A stretch of 64,000 bases of DNA. Origin: a virus. Lineage: Duplodnaviria > Caudoviricetes. Positions 9,746 to 19,836 of the stretch are shown here, piece after piece. The notes beneath the pieces were generated by a model. That model did not search any database, was not told the DNA's origin, and saw only the letters and a program-made list of their open reading frames with translations. How positions within the stretch are numbered: the first letter of the stretch is position 1; each line of letters begins with the position of its first letter. Made by a program: the position numbers and the translations under genes. Location of the stretch: IMG/VR virus record IMGVR_UViG_3300016744_000001; one strand, written 5' to 3'.

Positions 9746-10240
9746 ATGGAACCGGATTTTTATGACCTAGTTACCAGGCTTACTTTGCAATCAGCATCCG
9801 AGTCCGACCAGCGGATTTATTTTGCAAAGGAACTCTTCCGCAACATCCCATCAACGGGTGAAGCATACACTGACATTCTCCGGGTATTGGATTCCTATCT
9901 GTTGGACATCGACAAATCTCAATTCTTTGAATTTGAGATCTTGATCGAAACCTTCGACAAAAAGTTTCGACCCCTGGTTTCAAAGTGTCAGCTGTTTGCT
10001 CCGGAGGCCAACATAATCCAGTTGGCTTTGGCTGACGGGACCCCCACGTACTTTGTGGGGGTTGGAACTGTTGCGGATTCTTTTCGCACTCGGCAAATCC
10101 AAATCCAGTATGCAACGAATCGTCTTTATTTCAAGATTCAGACGAAAAACGTGTTCACTGGATTTATGCGTGAAGCTCACGAACTGCTGCGCATGATCAC
10201 TGATGATCGTCGTGATCGGTACGAAACAAAAGTTTCTTAA
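9746..10240 (+). CDS. hypothetical protein, paralog family A
   Basis: GGAGA RBS before ATG 9746; DIDKSQFFEFEI and IQTKNVF. Confidence 0.7.
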   Translation: MEPDFYDLVTRLTLQSASESDQRIYFAKELFRNIPSTGEAYTDILRVLDSYLLDIDKSQFFEFEILIETFDKKFRPLVSKCQLFAPEANIIQLALADGTPTYFVGVGTVADSFRTRQIQIQYATNRLYFKIQTKNVFTGFMREAHELLRMITDDRRDRYETKVS

Positions 10241-10264
10241 CTGTCTAACCAAAAGGTCAACCAG

Positions 10265-10987
10265 ATGAAAAGTTTTCTTGGTGTTCTTACGTTGATGCTG
10301 GCAATCTTTTTCCTTGGCCTTGTTACCTGCAATGCAGAAGTCTCCAATGGCTACCGCATGGGCATGCTCAACAAGGTGTCTGACAGCGGCTGGATTGCGA
10401 AAAGCACCGAATGCCAGTTGTCGATGGGTGTGGATGGTACGCCCATGGTACTGACGTGGACAACAACCGATGACAAAGGTAAGGTTACCAACCACAAGAA
10501 CACGATCAACCCTTGGAAGTTTACCTACAAGGGTTCACGCAAGATCGGCGAATTCATCGGCACCTACATGGTGATTCCTTACGAAAAGGAATACTTCCGT
10601 AATTGGTTTGCGGAAGACACCCCGTACATTGTGAAAGATTTCTTGCCCATTGAAGAAACTCCGTTGCCTGAAAAGATGGCGACGTCCAAGGAATACGACG
10701 CCAAGAAATCCGAAGGTGCGCTTGTCGGGCGCATTGTTCAGGCGTCTTACCATGGCAAAGTCTTTAAGACCTACGAAGCCACAATCCAGGTTGGTATCGG
10801 CGGTGGTCAGTATCAGTTCATGACCATGGCTGATGAGGTCATCTACAACTTTGGTGTGGAAGCACTGAAGCGTGGTACACTGCTCAAGATCTCGTATGTG
10901 GATCTTGGTGTGATGAACAAGATCACCACCGCCAACAATTCCTACCGGATCACCAAGCTTGAAGTGGTGGAAAAGCCCAAGTTTTAA
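10265..10987 (+). CDS. exported/membrane-anchored protein with an internally duplicated domain
   Basis: Signal/TM N-terminus; repeats SNGYRMGMLNKVSDSGWIAKSTECQL and SEGALVGRIVQASYHGKVFKTYEATI. Confidence 0.7.
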   Translation: MKSFLGVLTLMLAIFFLGLVTCNAEVSNGYRMGMLNKVSDSGWIAKSTECQLSMGVDGTPMVLTWTTTDDKGKVTNHKNTINPWKFTYKGSRKIGEFIGTYMVIPYEKEYFRNWFAEDTPYIVKDFLPIEETPLPEKMATSKEYDAKKSEGALVGRIVQASYHGKVFKTYEATIQVGIGGGQYQFMTMADEVIYNFGVEALKRGTLLKISYVDLGVMNKITTANNSYRITKLEVVEKPKF

Positions 10988-10993
10988 TCACTG

Positions 10994-11021
10994 CAGTGGG
11001 GTGGAATATTCCACCCCACTG
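10994..11021. repeat. 28-bp perfect palindrome
   Basis: cagtggggtggaat|attccaccccactg. Confidence 0.9.
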
Positions 11022-11032
11022 TTTGAAAGGAG

Positions 11033-11497
11033 ATGAGTATGGTTGCTGAAATGTCCAAGAAGTTACAGCAAGTGTTGTTTGATTATGACAAGATCAATGC
11101 AAAGAATTTCATGGAAGCTCTGGATAACTTACATCACTTGGACCGTGACAAGACTTTCGAGTTTGTTGTTGGTCTGCGTGACCTCTATCTGGTTTTTGAA
11201 CTGATGCATTCATCCGACCTCTTTCCTGTCCAGTACGGCTATGAAATTGAGGACATGATCACCACGGGCAAAACCTTTTCACAATCCTCCCCCGTCCTCA
11301 AAGATGGCCGAGTAGCCAAAGTTGAAGTCCGTCTGATTGGTGATATTGTTTATACAACAACCACCAACATGTTCGGACGACGGGGGTCAACGTTCATCTG
11401 GTTAAAAGAAATCCTCGAACGCGCTCGAATTGCTGAGCTGAATATGAATTTTGACTTTGCATCCATTAATGATGGAGGGCAGACCGAACAAAGCTGA
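11033..11497 (+). CDS. hypothetical protein, paralog family A
   Basis: AAGGAG RBS; HLDRDKTFEFVV and TTTNMF. Confidence 0.65.
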   Translation: MSMVAEMSKKLQQVLFDYDKINAKNFMEALDNLHHLDRDKTFEFVVGLRDLYLVFELMHSSDLFPVQYGYEIEDMITTGKTFSQSSPVLKDGRVAKVEVRLIGDIVYTTTTNMFGRRGSTFIWLKEILERARIAELNMNFDFASINDGGQTEQS

Positions 11498-11505
11498 GGT
11501 AGCAA

Positions 11506-12585
11506 ATGGGCAAACCCCGTATTATTGGTGTTCACGACGGCCCGATGCACAGTGATGAAGTATTCGCTGTTGCGGCGTTGTCGATGATCATGGACGTGGA
11601 TATCGTGCGTACACGAGATCCTGAAATTTTGAAAACCTGTGACATGCGTGTGGACGTCGGGGATAACTACAATCACCAGACGAAGGATTATGACCACCAC
11701 ATGCAGTGGTTCAATGTCAGACACCAGAGACCATTCAAAAAGTACGTTGATGGGAAACCAAAAGAGTTCCCCGATGGACCTCTCAGGAGTGGCTTCGGGT
11801 TGATCTGGCTGCATTATGGTAAAGACATTATCATGAAGATCCTGACTGAGGTGTACACACCAGAACAGTACTGCACCTTTGAAGAGTCAGACTTCTTCGA
11901 CTTGTTTGACGCTGTTGACAATGGCATCGTTGCCTACATAGATGCCTGCGACAATGGTGAGCAAAAGAAATTCTTGTTGAATGTCTCCCCATTCAGAAAT
12001 TCAGACATCACCAAGATTGTTGCCATCTTCAACCCAACCATTCAGGAGCAACGCTGCTGGACGGATGCAAACACATCTGAAGCCAACTATCATGGCCAGT
12101 TCATGGCCGCGATGAACATCGCTAGATTGCTTCTCCGTCGCGAAATTGTTTCCCAGTCAGAGCTGTTGTATTTTCGCCGGCCTTTCATGAAACTCATCGC
12201 CAACATGGGCCAGAACGAACAGATCCTTGTATTGGATCAGTACATTCCCTGGTCATACGCCTACGGCCGCGCTGGTAGCGCTACTAATGGTGTGGAGATG
12301 ATTGTTTATCCTGCGTCGAATGGTAACTGGATGTGTCAAACTCCGTATTACTATTTCAGGCGGGATAGCCAGACGTACCCTGCCGTGATGAAAGACGGGT
12401 CGCAACGACAGTACAAACATCAGGCTCCGGTGGAAATATGTGGTCTCAGAGACCAAGCTCTCTGTGATGCGACGGGCATTGCTGATCTGAATTTTGTCCA
12501 CAAAGGTGGGCACCTCGGTGCAGCAAAAACTAAAGAAGCAGCAATTGCTTTAGCGCAGTACTTTATTGATCATAGTCGACAATAA
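11506..12585 (+). CDS. MYG1 family (UPF0160) DHH-like exonuclease
   Basis: HDGPMHSDEVFAVAAL, IVRTRD, VDVGD...DYDHH, SGFGLIWLHYG, IDACDNG, FVHKGGHLG. Confidence 0.88.
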   Translation: MGKPRIIGVHDGPMHSDEVFAVAALSMIMDVDIVRTRDPEILKTCDMRVDVGDNYNHQTKDYDHHMQWFNVRHQRPFKKYVDGKPKEFPDGPLRSGFGLIWLHYGKDIIMKILTEVYTPEQYCTFEESDFFDLFDAVDNGIVAYIDACDNGEQKKFLLNVSPFRNSDITKIVAIFNPTIQEQRCWTDANTSEANYHGQFMAAMNIARLLLRREIVSQSELLYFRRPFMKLIANMGQNEQILVLDQYIPWSYAYGRAGSATNGVEMIVYPASNGNWMCQTPYYYFRRDSQTYPAVMKDGSQRQYKHQAPVEICGLRDQALCDATGIADLNFVHKGGHLGAAKTKEAAIALAQYFIDHSRQ

Positions 12586-12595
12586 GGAGTGAGCT

Positions 12596-12922
12596 GTGGC
12601 AATCTTCAAGTGTCGGAAGAAAATCCCCGATACTTCTGAAGTAACGGTTTGGTATGGCATCACGTTCAAAGGCGATGAGTTAATCATCGCACTCACTGAT
12701 CTGAAAGAGATGTTTGGGGAAGAGCTCTGGTGTGAGCTTGATCCTTGCGGAAAGTGTAAAATCTGCGGCAAGCATCCTTTCCTGGAATTGACTCCGATTG
12801 AGTTTGACAAACGAGAATCTGTGTTTATCTTTTCCTCAAAGCTGAATAGCCCAAGACAACAGGACGTCGTCGTTAGGAAACAATTGACAAAGGCAGTTTC
12901 TCGTGAACAAACGCATTCGTAA
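12596..12922 (+). CDS. hypothetical protein (CxxCxxC motif)
   Basis: AAGGAG RBS, GTG start. Confidence 0.6.
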   Translation: MAIFKCRKKIPDTSEVTVWYGITFKGDELIIALTDLKEMFGEELWCELDPCGKCKICGKHPFLELTPIEFDKRESVFIFSSKLNSPRQQDVVVRKQLTKAVSREQTHS

Positions 12923-13106
12923 AAAGTGGAATCGAGATCCAGATATTGAACAGTTGGCGCACGTCGTTGAACAACAAAGCCAACTCATCGGAAACATCTT
13001 GACTCTACTTGAAAGGCAAACACAAAACGTAATGAAGCTCGAACAGATCTTGATTATGTTCGATCCGAGATTAACCACAGCCGTCGAAACCGAACGACTT
13101 CAGTGA
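12903..13106 (+). CDS. small coiled-coil hypothetical protein
   Basis: Overlaps the upstream stop; MNKRIRKK start; followed by a hairpin. Confidence 0.55.
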   Translation: MNKRIRKKWNRDPDIEQLAHVVEQQSQLIGNILTLLERQTQNVMKLEQILIMFDPRLTTAVETERLQ

Positions 13107-13110
13107 CAGC

Positions 13111-13347
13111 ATGTCCTCACTACCTCAAAAGGGTAGTGAGGACATTATTGATATTGCGTTATTTTTTCTTTGCCACTCTGAGGACGGTTTCCCGTCCTCA
13201 GAGCACCCATTGTAAACCACCAAAGTCACATGGATGAGATAGCCAAGGAACTATCTCAGCAAACCGGTAATCAAACACAAACGGAGTAGATTAGAAAACA
13301 GTAGTCATCTAATATACTACCATAGGGAGCAATGCTCCCTATGGTAG
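13111..13347. terminator. cluster of hairpins between convergent transcription units
   Basis: Stems at 13111-13145, 13176-13203, 13235-13258, 13290-13313 and 13317-13347. Confidence 0.7.
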
Positions 13348-13354
13348 GTCAAGG

Positions 13355-14308
13355 TTAGAACGTGCTTGTGGAATCAGAAGTGATACCAAAGTCGTTAGTT
13401 GCTTCCTGGACAAGACCATTATTCGTGGCTTCATCCACCCAGCCCTTGGCGCCGTAATCGATGATGTTCGAGCTGATGCCGTTATAGGTCAGCGCGTAAT
13501 CAAGGTTCGGCTTGTGAGCATTGATTGAGTTAAGCACCAGACGACCGAGTTCACGAGTGTTCTCGTTGTGGGTGATCACACCCTTGTACGTCACAGTACG
13601 CTTGGCAAGTTCGGTCGCACCGATGGTACGCTTCATGCCAAGGTTACCTGTTTCGGTAGGCACGATATTCGTGATGACAGCAGCTTCGACCAGACGATTG
13701 CTCAGACCGGTCGGGTCAGGCTGGATCACGAGCCAAGAAGAAGTGAAGGTCGACCACACCCATTGTTCCATTGCATCACCGTACAGCGCTGAGAGCAGCG
13801 AAGCACAAGTGTCAGGATGATTGATGTGTTTCAACCACAGATAGTTCAGGTTCCAGAACAGGTTGCCTGTGATATCGTCGACCGTGACCGACGGGTTCAC
13901 AGGGTTACGCTTGGTCTGCAGAGGCATCGAAGCAGACTGACCGTCATGGCCGATCTGGGTGTCATCGAATTCCTCGGTGTAACCGATATCGATGCCGTCG
14001 ATGGACTTTGCATGCAGTTCGATCATCGCCTTGTAGGTCTGTTGGACCTTCGGGAAACGATCCCACATTCGTGGCTGTTGCAGCACGAAGACGTGAGCGC
14101 AGTTCAGTGCCAGAGGTGTCGCACCATCCATCTGGGTGATACGAGGACCAAAACCGAGCTGACCACCTTTCTGAATGTTACCAACCGGGACAAACCGAGG
14201 GTTGCCGAATTGGCCAACGTTGTTAAACAGAAGGGAATCAACACCGTTGTTATCTGTGGCGGTCGACTGGCCATTGCTAATGGAATAGTTGTCAAACTGA
14301 GTTGCCAT
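13355..14308 (-). CDS. tail tube protein (phiKZ gp30-like)
   Basis: 317 aa directly downstream of the sheath; ELHAKSIDGID and QPDPT motifs. Confidence 0.75.
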   Translation of the reverse strand: MATQFDNYSISNGQSTATDNNGVDSLLFNNVGQFGNPRFVPVGNIQKGGQLGFGPRITQMDGATPLALNCAHVFVLQQPRMWDRFPKVQQTYKAMIELHAKSIDGIDIGYTEEFDDTQIGHDGQSASMPLQTKRNPVNPSVTVDDITGNLFWNLNYLWLKHINHPDTCASLLSALYGDAMEQWVWSTFTSSWLVIQPDPTGLSNRLVEAAVITNIVPTETGNLGMKRTIGATELAKRTVTYKGVITHNENTRELGRLVLNSINAHKPNLDYALTYNGISSNIIDYGAKGWVDEATNNGLVQEATNDFGITSDSTSTF

Positions 14309-14314
14309 GATTCA

Positions 14315-16351
14315 TTACCCCGCAGTCGACGTAGAAGTGGTCGTGGTTTCGGAACGGCCCCTTGCCACGATGGTGTAGTTCCATGTACGCTTGGGATAAT
14401 CGCCTTCGAGTCCGATCTCGATCGAGACGGTGTCGTGGTTGGATTGATCTTCCGCTGACAGGTACACACGAGAAGTCACAGTGTACAGTGAGCCAAAGGC
14501 CTTGTAACCGTAACTGTTGATTTCCTTTTGGACCTTGTCCGCCAACGCCAAGAAGGGCATCTTGCGGCTGACGTTTTCGGTCCAGACAAAGTCGGCGATG
14601 TACTTCAGGTAGATACAAGCATCCGTGAATTCATCGTCCGACAGCAGAGACGTGGTGTCCTTGTAGATCGAACGGATCGACGGCATGAACTTGGAATTCA
14701 TGGTCTTGTACTGCATGTAGTTTGCAGCGCCGTCCCACAGCAGTTGCTTCTGCGTCTGGCTGTAAGGAATGAAGTTGACCTCACGATAGATGTCAACGAT
14801 GTTCTGCGGGCTAGCCGCCCAACTACCCTTAATGTAGGTAGCATTGTGGAATGTCGAACGACGTTCCGCAGCCCAGAAGGTCATCGGGATGATGGTCTTC
14901 ACGCTGGTGTCATTGACATAACCAGCCTGAGCAAAGATCGTGGCACGAAGAGCATCCGTACCGTAGAGCTCTGATTCAGGAGTGATCGCACAGCGAGCAC
15001 GGATAGCCGCTGCCACTGAGACAGCTTCGTCCATGTTGTACAGACCACGGTTGCAGTCCTGCGCGGCCATGACGATCTTGCAGTACCCCTGCACACCCAT
15101 GAAGTCAGCCATCGCAAACTTGGTCTGCAGACTGTAGCCAGGGTCATAGATGTGGGTCAGAGGATACCGGAAGCGGTCGCCGAGTTCAGGGTACTTGCGC
15201 AGTGACAAGATCTGACGGATACCGTCTTCGAAGGCTTCATCAGAGAGGTCACCGTCGTCACCACCACTGAGGTAGATGAGTGACAGGTTGGACAGGCTGA
15301 TGTGGTTCGGGTCAGACTCATCCAGAATGGCATGGTAGTAAGGATTACCGTCCATGTTTTTCATGGAAGCAATGTTCACCATCCAACCGGTGGTCAGATT
15401 GGCGTCATTGGTTTCGTATGACCGAATCAGGTTGCCGATGGTTTCGATGTTTTCACTGTAGAAGTGAACATCGAACGGCAGGAGGTACTCTTCAGTGACC
15501 TCGTTGTAGAAGAGACGCAGCAGCGTGTCTTCAGCAGAGATACGACGGTTGGTGTACGGGTCAAGCTGGTTGGGACGCATGACCATCTGGTTCAGGCGAG
15601 CTTCATACTTGTCCACGATTTCCGTAGCAGTGCTGCTGTTGTAGGGCTGTTCCATAGGAACGAATGACCACAACAGTGACTGGGTGGCTTCTACCAGATC
15701 ACCGGTCTGCTTGTTCAGATCGATGTACAGTTTCATGCCGGCACGGTTGCCCATGTCGCAAGGGTCTTTGTAGACCACACCAGCGATGGGGTAGATCTTG
15801 GTTTGGACATCACCATTGGTGACTGTCTTCACGGGGATCTTGTCGTAGCCGGTGAGCAGTTCGTCAGCAGTCATCTTGCGAACAAGATACTTGACGGAGA
15901 CACCTTTCTCTTTGATCACCTGACCAGCGTTGTCCGTCAGAGGAATGAGTTCCCCGGACAGCTCGTCATAAACGTAGCGACCTTCGTCGTCACGACGGTA
16001 TTGGATGATGGGCACGTCTGTCTTGACATGCGCTTCCACCACAGCCGTCGCCTTCTGAGCATTCGGTGGAATCACACGCATGACGAAGCAGGACTGATGG
16101 TTGAGGATGGCTTGCGTCAGATAGAACTGCTCGCCACGCCAGTATTTCTCAAACTGGTCAAAAGACTGGCCGCCGTATTTGGCAACTACTTCTTGACCAT
16201 TGCCCCAGAATGGTTTGTCATCGCCCTTCGCTGCACGCAAAAAGACCAGAGGCTTGTGCAAAGGCAGTTCAAGGTTTCTGACGCGTTGCCCAGCAGATTC
16301 GTCTTTGATATTGACTGTATCATGCGGATGGGTATAGGTTACGAGAGGCAT
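14315..16351 (-). CDS. tail sheath protein (phiKZ gp29-like)
   Basis: 678 aa; IKDES...LPLHKPLVFLRAAKG, YLSGGDDGDL, YDPGYSLQTK, PESELYGT, SIY...SLL. Confidence 0.85.
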   Translation of the reverse strand: MPLVTYTHPHDTVNIKDESAGQRVRNLELPLHKPLVFLRAAKGDDKPFWGNGQEVVAKYGGQSFDQFEKYWRGEQFYLTQAILNHQSCFVMRVIPPNAQKATAVVEAHVKTDVPIIQYRRDDEGRYVYDELSGELIPLTDNAGQVIKEKGVSVKYLVRKMTADELLTGYDKIPVKTVTNGDVQTKIYPIAGVVYKDPCDMGNRAGMKLYIDLNKQTGDLVEATQSLLWSFVPMEQPYNSSTATEIVDKYEARLNQMVMRPNQLDPYTNRRISAEDTLLRLFYNEVTEEYLLPFDVHFYSENIETIGNLIRSYETNDANLTTGWMVNIASMKNMDGNPYYHAILDESDPNHISLSNLSLIYLSGGDDGDLSDEAFEDGIRQILSLRKYPELGDRFRYPLTHIYDPGYSLQTKFAMADFMGVQGYCKIVMAAQDCNRGLYNMDEAVSVAAAIRARCAITPESELYGTDALRATIFAQAGYVNDTSVKTIIPMTFWAAERRSTFHNATYIKGSWAASPQNIVDIYREVNFIPYSQTQKQLLWDGAANYMQYKTMNSKFMPSIRSIYKDTTSLLSDDEFTDACIYLKYIADFVWTENVSRKMPFLALADKVQKEINSYGYKAFGSLYTVTSRVYLSAEDQSNHDTVSIEIGLEGDYPKRTWNYTIVARGRSETTTTSTSTAG

Positions 16352-16507
16352 TTTGCACTCCTGATAGAGATGATCCTTTGAAGAGATGATAGCTGACTAT
16401 GAAGTATATCACTCCACTCTGAAGCTATCGTATGGCGTAAATCCTGGTAGACCAGTTTAGCGCCCACATTCAGCAAGTAAAGTTCACACAAGTAAGGAGC
16501 GGTGTGC

Positions 16508-17548
16508 ATGAAGCGCATGTTCAAGTATATCACGAATACCAGGATAGCCCAGCAACTCAATCTGCAACAATCAATGAAGATCGTTGTTGAGTACCTTGCA
16601 GGTAACCGTAACGTGATAGCAAATCCGGAAGATTTGACTTCAATATTTTCCACTCGATCCTTCACTTCCACACCGATCTCGATGTTCTTCGACAAATGTG
16701 TGGTTAGCCAACACTTGAATGAGTTTGCAACAATTGCAGATCCGTCAAGGTCGGTTATTGAAGGAATCCCTGACGCTCTCACGATGCCTTCTTGTGTCAT
16801 CGATCTTGAGCAAACTCCTTCAGGTGAAGTCCTGAGCGGTTATAAGGAATTGCATCGCAAAATCGTGCTGAACATTACGAACCTCGTAAAACGCACCAAT
16901 GCGGGTTTACAAGTTTCTGCCCTGCACGAATTGCATAGCATGTACACAAAGGCACTGCTGGTGCGCAGTTATTTTCGTTCTGGGTCAAACCAGTGGCTGT
17001 CACCAATCATGCAACAGTTTGTGATCAGAACGTATGCTCAGTTTATTGGCTCGATCATTGCGAACCAAGCCAACCTGAACATTGCTGAATCCAATCAGGT
17101 TGCCAGTATCTTTGCGTTGTACATGTGTCAGATGCTTTCTGATGACCGCAGCAACCTGACTGTGCCACCACAGTTCTTGAACTTGACCTTCTTGGGCAAT
17201 CGCAGTGACCTTCTGTACATCACAGAGGAATGCAGTGACTACACAAAAGATGGTCTTGATCTTCAGAAGTGTTGTGAGCTTGTTGCCAAGTTTGGCCCTG
17301 CTCGACTGAGCGATTATTCAATTGACGTGTTCTACCGTCATTGCTCCACCCTTGGACCTTACAACGATGCGATCAGTACCTACATGGCTTTTGATTACCC
17401 ACCCTATTGGGTTTGGTTGATCTTGATGTCTTTGTCAGGTGCACAGATGGGTCGCATGAGCAAACTCCTGCAACAGTTTAACCTGAAGCAAGCAGGGATG
17501 AAGTTTGCACACGACCTGATGGCATATCCTTCTCTTGTTGAACGCTAG
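16508..17548 (+). CDS. virion structural protein (phiKZ gp28-like)
   Basis: About 346 aa, divergent from the sheath; C-terminal AFDYPPYWVWL. Confidence 0.6.
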   Translation: MKRMFKYITNTRIAQQLNLQQSMKIVVEYLAGNRNVIANPEDLTSIFSTRSFTSTPISMFFDKCVVSQHLNEFATIADPSRSVIEGIPDALTMPSCVIDLEQTPSGEVLSGYKELHRKIVLNITNLVKRTNAGLQVSALHELHSMYTKALLVRSYFRSGSNQWLSPIMQQFVIRTYAQFIGSIIANQANLNIAESNQVASIFALYMCQMLSDDRSNLTVPPQFLNLTFLGNRSDLLYITEECSDYTKDGLDLQKCCELVAKFGPARLSDYSIDVFYRHCSTLGPYNDAISTYMAFDYPPYWVWLILMSLSGAQMGRMSKLLQQFNLKQAGMKFAHDLMAYPSLVER

Positions 17549-17556
17549 TTGAATGT

Positions 17557-17588
17557 CCATCTCCAGTGGGATATCCCACTGGAGATGG
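17557..17588. repeat. 32-bp perfect palindrome (GGGATATCCC core)
   Basis: ccatctccagtgggat|atcccactggagatgg. Confidence 0.9.
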
Positions 17589-17603
17589 TTGAATGTTTAC
17601 AGA

Positions 17604-17611
17604 TATATTAC
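17604..17611 (+). promoter_or_regulatory. early promoter core TATATTAC
   Basis: Exact motif at the head of an accessory island. Confidence 0.65.
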
Positions 17612-17654
17612 GTTTTTAGTGATTCACAACAATATCTCCGAAGGAGAACGAACG

Positions 17655-19076
17655 ATGTACAAACACAAAGTCATTCGGTCACTCAAATCTGGAATTAATA
17701 AGGTCTCATACGCAAACCGGCAATACGTTAATGCGTTGATTAGTCAACTCAATCAAGCGACTACGTATCACCTTGGGAAAATTCCATTGGAAGGAATTTT
17801 CTTTCAAACTTTTATCAAAGAAGCAAAACACAGAACAACCATTGAAAATGAAGCGATTGACTTGTTTGAACAGAAACAGAAAATCAGTCGTGAACTTCGT
17901 CTGTCATACCAGAAAAGTACCAGAGAACTGGCTGACTGGTTTCCAGAATCACCTTTAGAAAAACCAATTTATCTTGAGGTGATCATTGATGCAATCAATT
18001 TGTTTGAACAATTCTCAATAGACCCAATTCCGCAAAATAGTAAAATTCGTCGATCAACAGTATACTGCGGAATTTTAATTTGGTCTGATGGAGATGACAA
18101 TTTGATTGAAGACAACAAAGTCATCAACATTCAAGTATTACCAATGTTTACAATGAATGGTGATTCTTTTCGTGAGAATCACGACGTTGTCATTGGGCTG
18201 TACTCGACAAAGCTGCTGCTCACCAAACAACCCAAGGCGCATTTTGATGAAGATCTTAACCTTCAGATAGATGTGTTAAAAATGCACAGTCCGCATTTTG
18301 ATCACTTTGTTGATACATTGATCGACCGAGTACAAAAAAGCGGTGGAACGTTGGTTGTTGAACGAACCCTTGATTTTGACTGGACTCTTGAACTACACGG
18401 TTTAACCACCTCGAACATTGGGTTACTACCATTGGTAGTTGAACTGGATCAGCAAATTGATCACAATTCGGAAGATTATCTTCGTTGCATGAAGGACATC
18501 TGCGACGCATTGGATTTAGACACTGGTCGGATCATTGATGTTGTCTGCAGTAAGATGAAACTGATCCCTGGGTTATTTGGGGACAGTCCCCAATTCATCA
18601 CTGTTTCAAATGGGCTAAAGGTAAAAAGCCAGCTTAACAGTTTGGTGACAAGAGTCCAAGAACAGTTTGCAACGGAAATCGCAGGAGTCTTCTTTAAACT
18701 CCTCAACTGCAAGAATGTCACGACTGAAGTCGTTAGATCAAACGTGACTACTACTCCTAACAAACAAACACATAAAACCCAGCCAAAATCAATGAAAGTT
18801 GGATCGGAAGAATACCACGTCATCAAAATGGTACTTCCGAAAACTAAAATCAAGTACATTGGTGGAAAACGAGTGACGACTAGCCGAGATAAACAAGAGA
18901 CAACCAAGATCTCGTTTCGGTCGGGTCACTTTAAAACCTTTACCAAAGAAAAACCTCTTTTCGGTAAAGCAGTCGGAACATTTTGGTGGCAACCGATTGT
19001 GAAAACCAATAAAGAGGTAGTATATAACGTCTCCGTTAATGAAAAGAAAGCGGCTGATGTTATTTCTACTAATTAA
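17655..19076 (+). CDS. hypothetical protein with basic C-terminal RxGH...WW motif
   Basis: AAGGAG RBS before ATG 17655; FRSGHFKTFTKEKPLFGKAVGTFWWQP. Confidence 0.7.
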   Translation: MYKHKVIRSLKSGINKVSYANRQYVNALISQLNQATTYHLGKIPLEGIFFQTFIKEAKHRTTIENEAIDLFEQKQKISRELRLSYQKSTRELADWFPESPLEKPIYLEVIIDAINLFEQFSIDPIPQNSKIRRSTVYCGILIWSDGDDNLIEDNKVINIQVLPMFTMNGDSFRENHDVVIGLYSTKLLLTKQPKAHFDEDLNLQIDVLKMHSPHFDHFVDTLIDRVQKSGGTLVVERTLDFDWTLELHGLTTSNIGLLPLVVELDQQIDHNSEDYLRCMKDICDALDLDTGRIIDVVCSKMKLIPGLFGDSPQFITVSNGLKVKSQLNSLVTRVQEQFATEIAGVFFKLLNCKNVTTEVVRSNVTTTPNKQTHKTQPKSMKVGSEEYHVIKMVLPKTKIKYIGGKRVTTSRDKQETTKISFRSGHFKTFTKEKPLFGKAVGTFWWQPIVKTNKEVVYNVSVNEKKAADVISTN

Positions 19077-19102
19077 CCTTAACCCAAACACCGGAGAGTT
19101 TC

Positions 19103-19798
19103 ATGGCAGTGCATCACATCTCAAACAAAATTCATGGGGCGGTTCTTGATCTGATCAATATGAAAGCATCCTTCAAAGTGGGTGACTTCTACTATTGTGA
19201 AGACATCACAATTGTTGACGCCAATCCTGTTCCTGATGAACCAGTACTTAAGCTGGATTTCAGTATTGGTGGTGAGCCATCGCCCATGCTTTGTCGTGTT
19301 CAGTCTGTCAGGTCCCTTAATGGGATTGAACAGCTCACTGATAAAGTAGTCAAGAAAACATACCTTGGGATGCTTGCAGAAACTGAGCGTCTTGCTGGTA
19401 CATCTATCCCGTGCATCAACAAACCGGCTGAAGTTTATGGCGCGCAGTGTGCGTCCAAAGCAGTCATTGCCAAAGCCACCTCAGTTGTGCTGTACATGTG
19501 CAACGGTGAAGTTACGGCGAACATGAACATCAAGACGCCGTACACGGAACACCATCTCACGGGCATCAAGGTGGCAAACCTTGAAATCTTGCGGGATCAT
19601 TTGTACATCATCCCGGTGGTAGTTGATGACATCACATCGAGAGTTTGGTTTGATGTTACCACAATGGTGACCGACCACAACTGCGATGATGAATTCATCG
19701 ACCAGATCACCCCTGGCAAAAGTACTGAGTTCCGGGAAAGGCTGGTCGACCTGATCATGAATTTCTCGGATGAACACGCCGAAAGAAATGGTAGGTAA
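19103..19798 (+). CDS. hypothetical protein (C-terminal domain resembles family B)
   Basis: GGAG RBS; ...LRDHLYIIPV. Confidence 0.65.
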   Translation: MAVHHISNKIHGAVLDLINMKASFKVGDFYYCEDITIVDANPVPDEPVLKLDFSIGGEPSPMLCRVQSVRSLNGIEQLTDKVVKKTYLGMLAETERLAGTSIPCINKPAEVYGAQCASKAVIAKATSVVLYMCNGEVTANMNIKTPYTEHHLTGIKVANLEILRDHLYIIPVVVDDITSRVWFDVTTMVTDHNCDDEFIDQITPGKSTEFRERLVDLIMNFSDEHAERNGR

Positions 19799-19836
19799 AA
19801 CTACCGTCGATCAGAAAAAATAATCAGGAGGTTTAG

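Noticed and set aside
8976-13203. Invertible or transposable element bounded by the two 24-bp copies
   Set aside because: The element is itself a hairpin whose orientation follows transcription; no recombinase, transposase or target duplication was seen.
13521-16381. Long antisense ORFs over tube/sheath, and similar ones such as 48915..49931, 53404..54129 and 60457..61374
   Set aside because: They are shadow ORFs produced by codon bias on the coding strand, with no RBS or recognisable motifs.
16352-16507. phiKZ late promoter (TATG) calls upstream of structural genes
   Set aside because: A 4-nt motif is too short to support from sequence alone.
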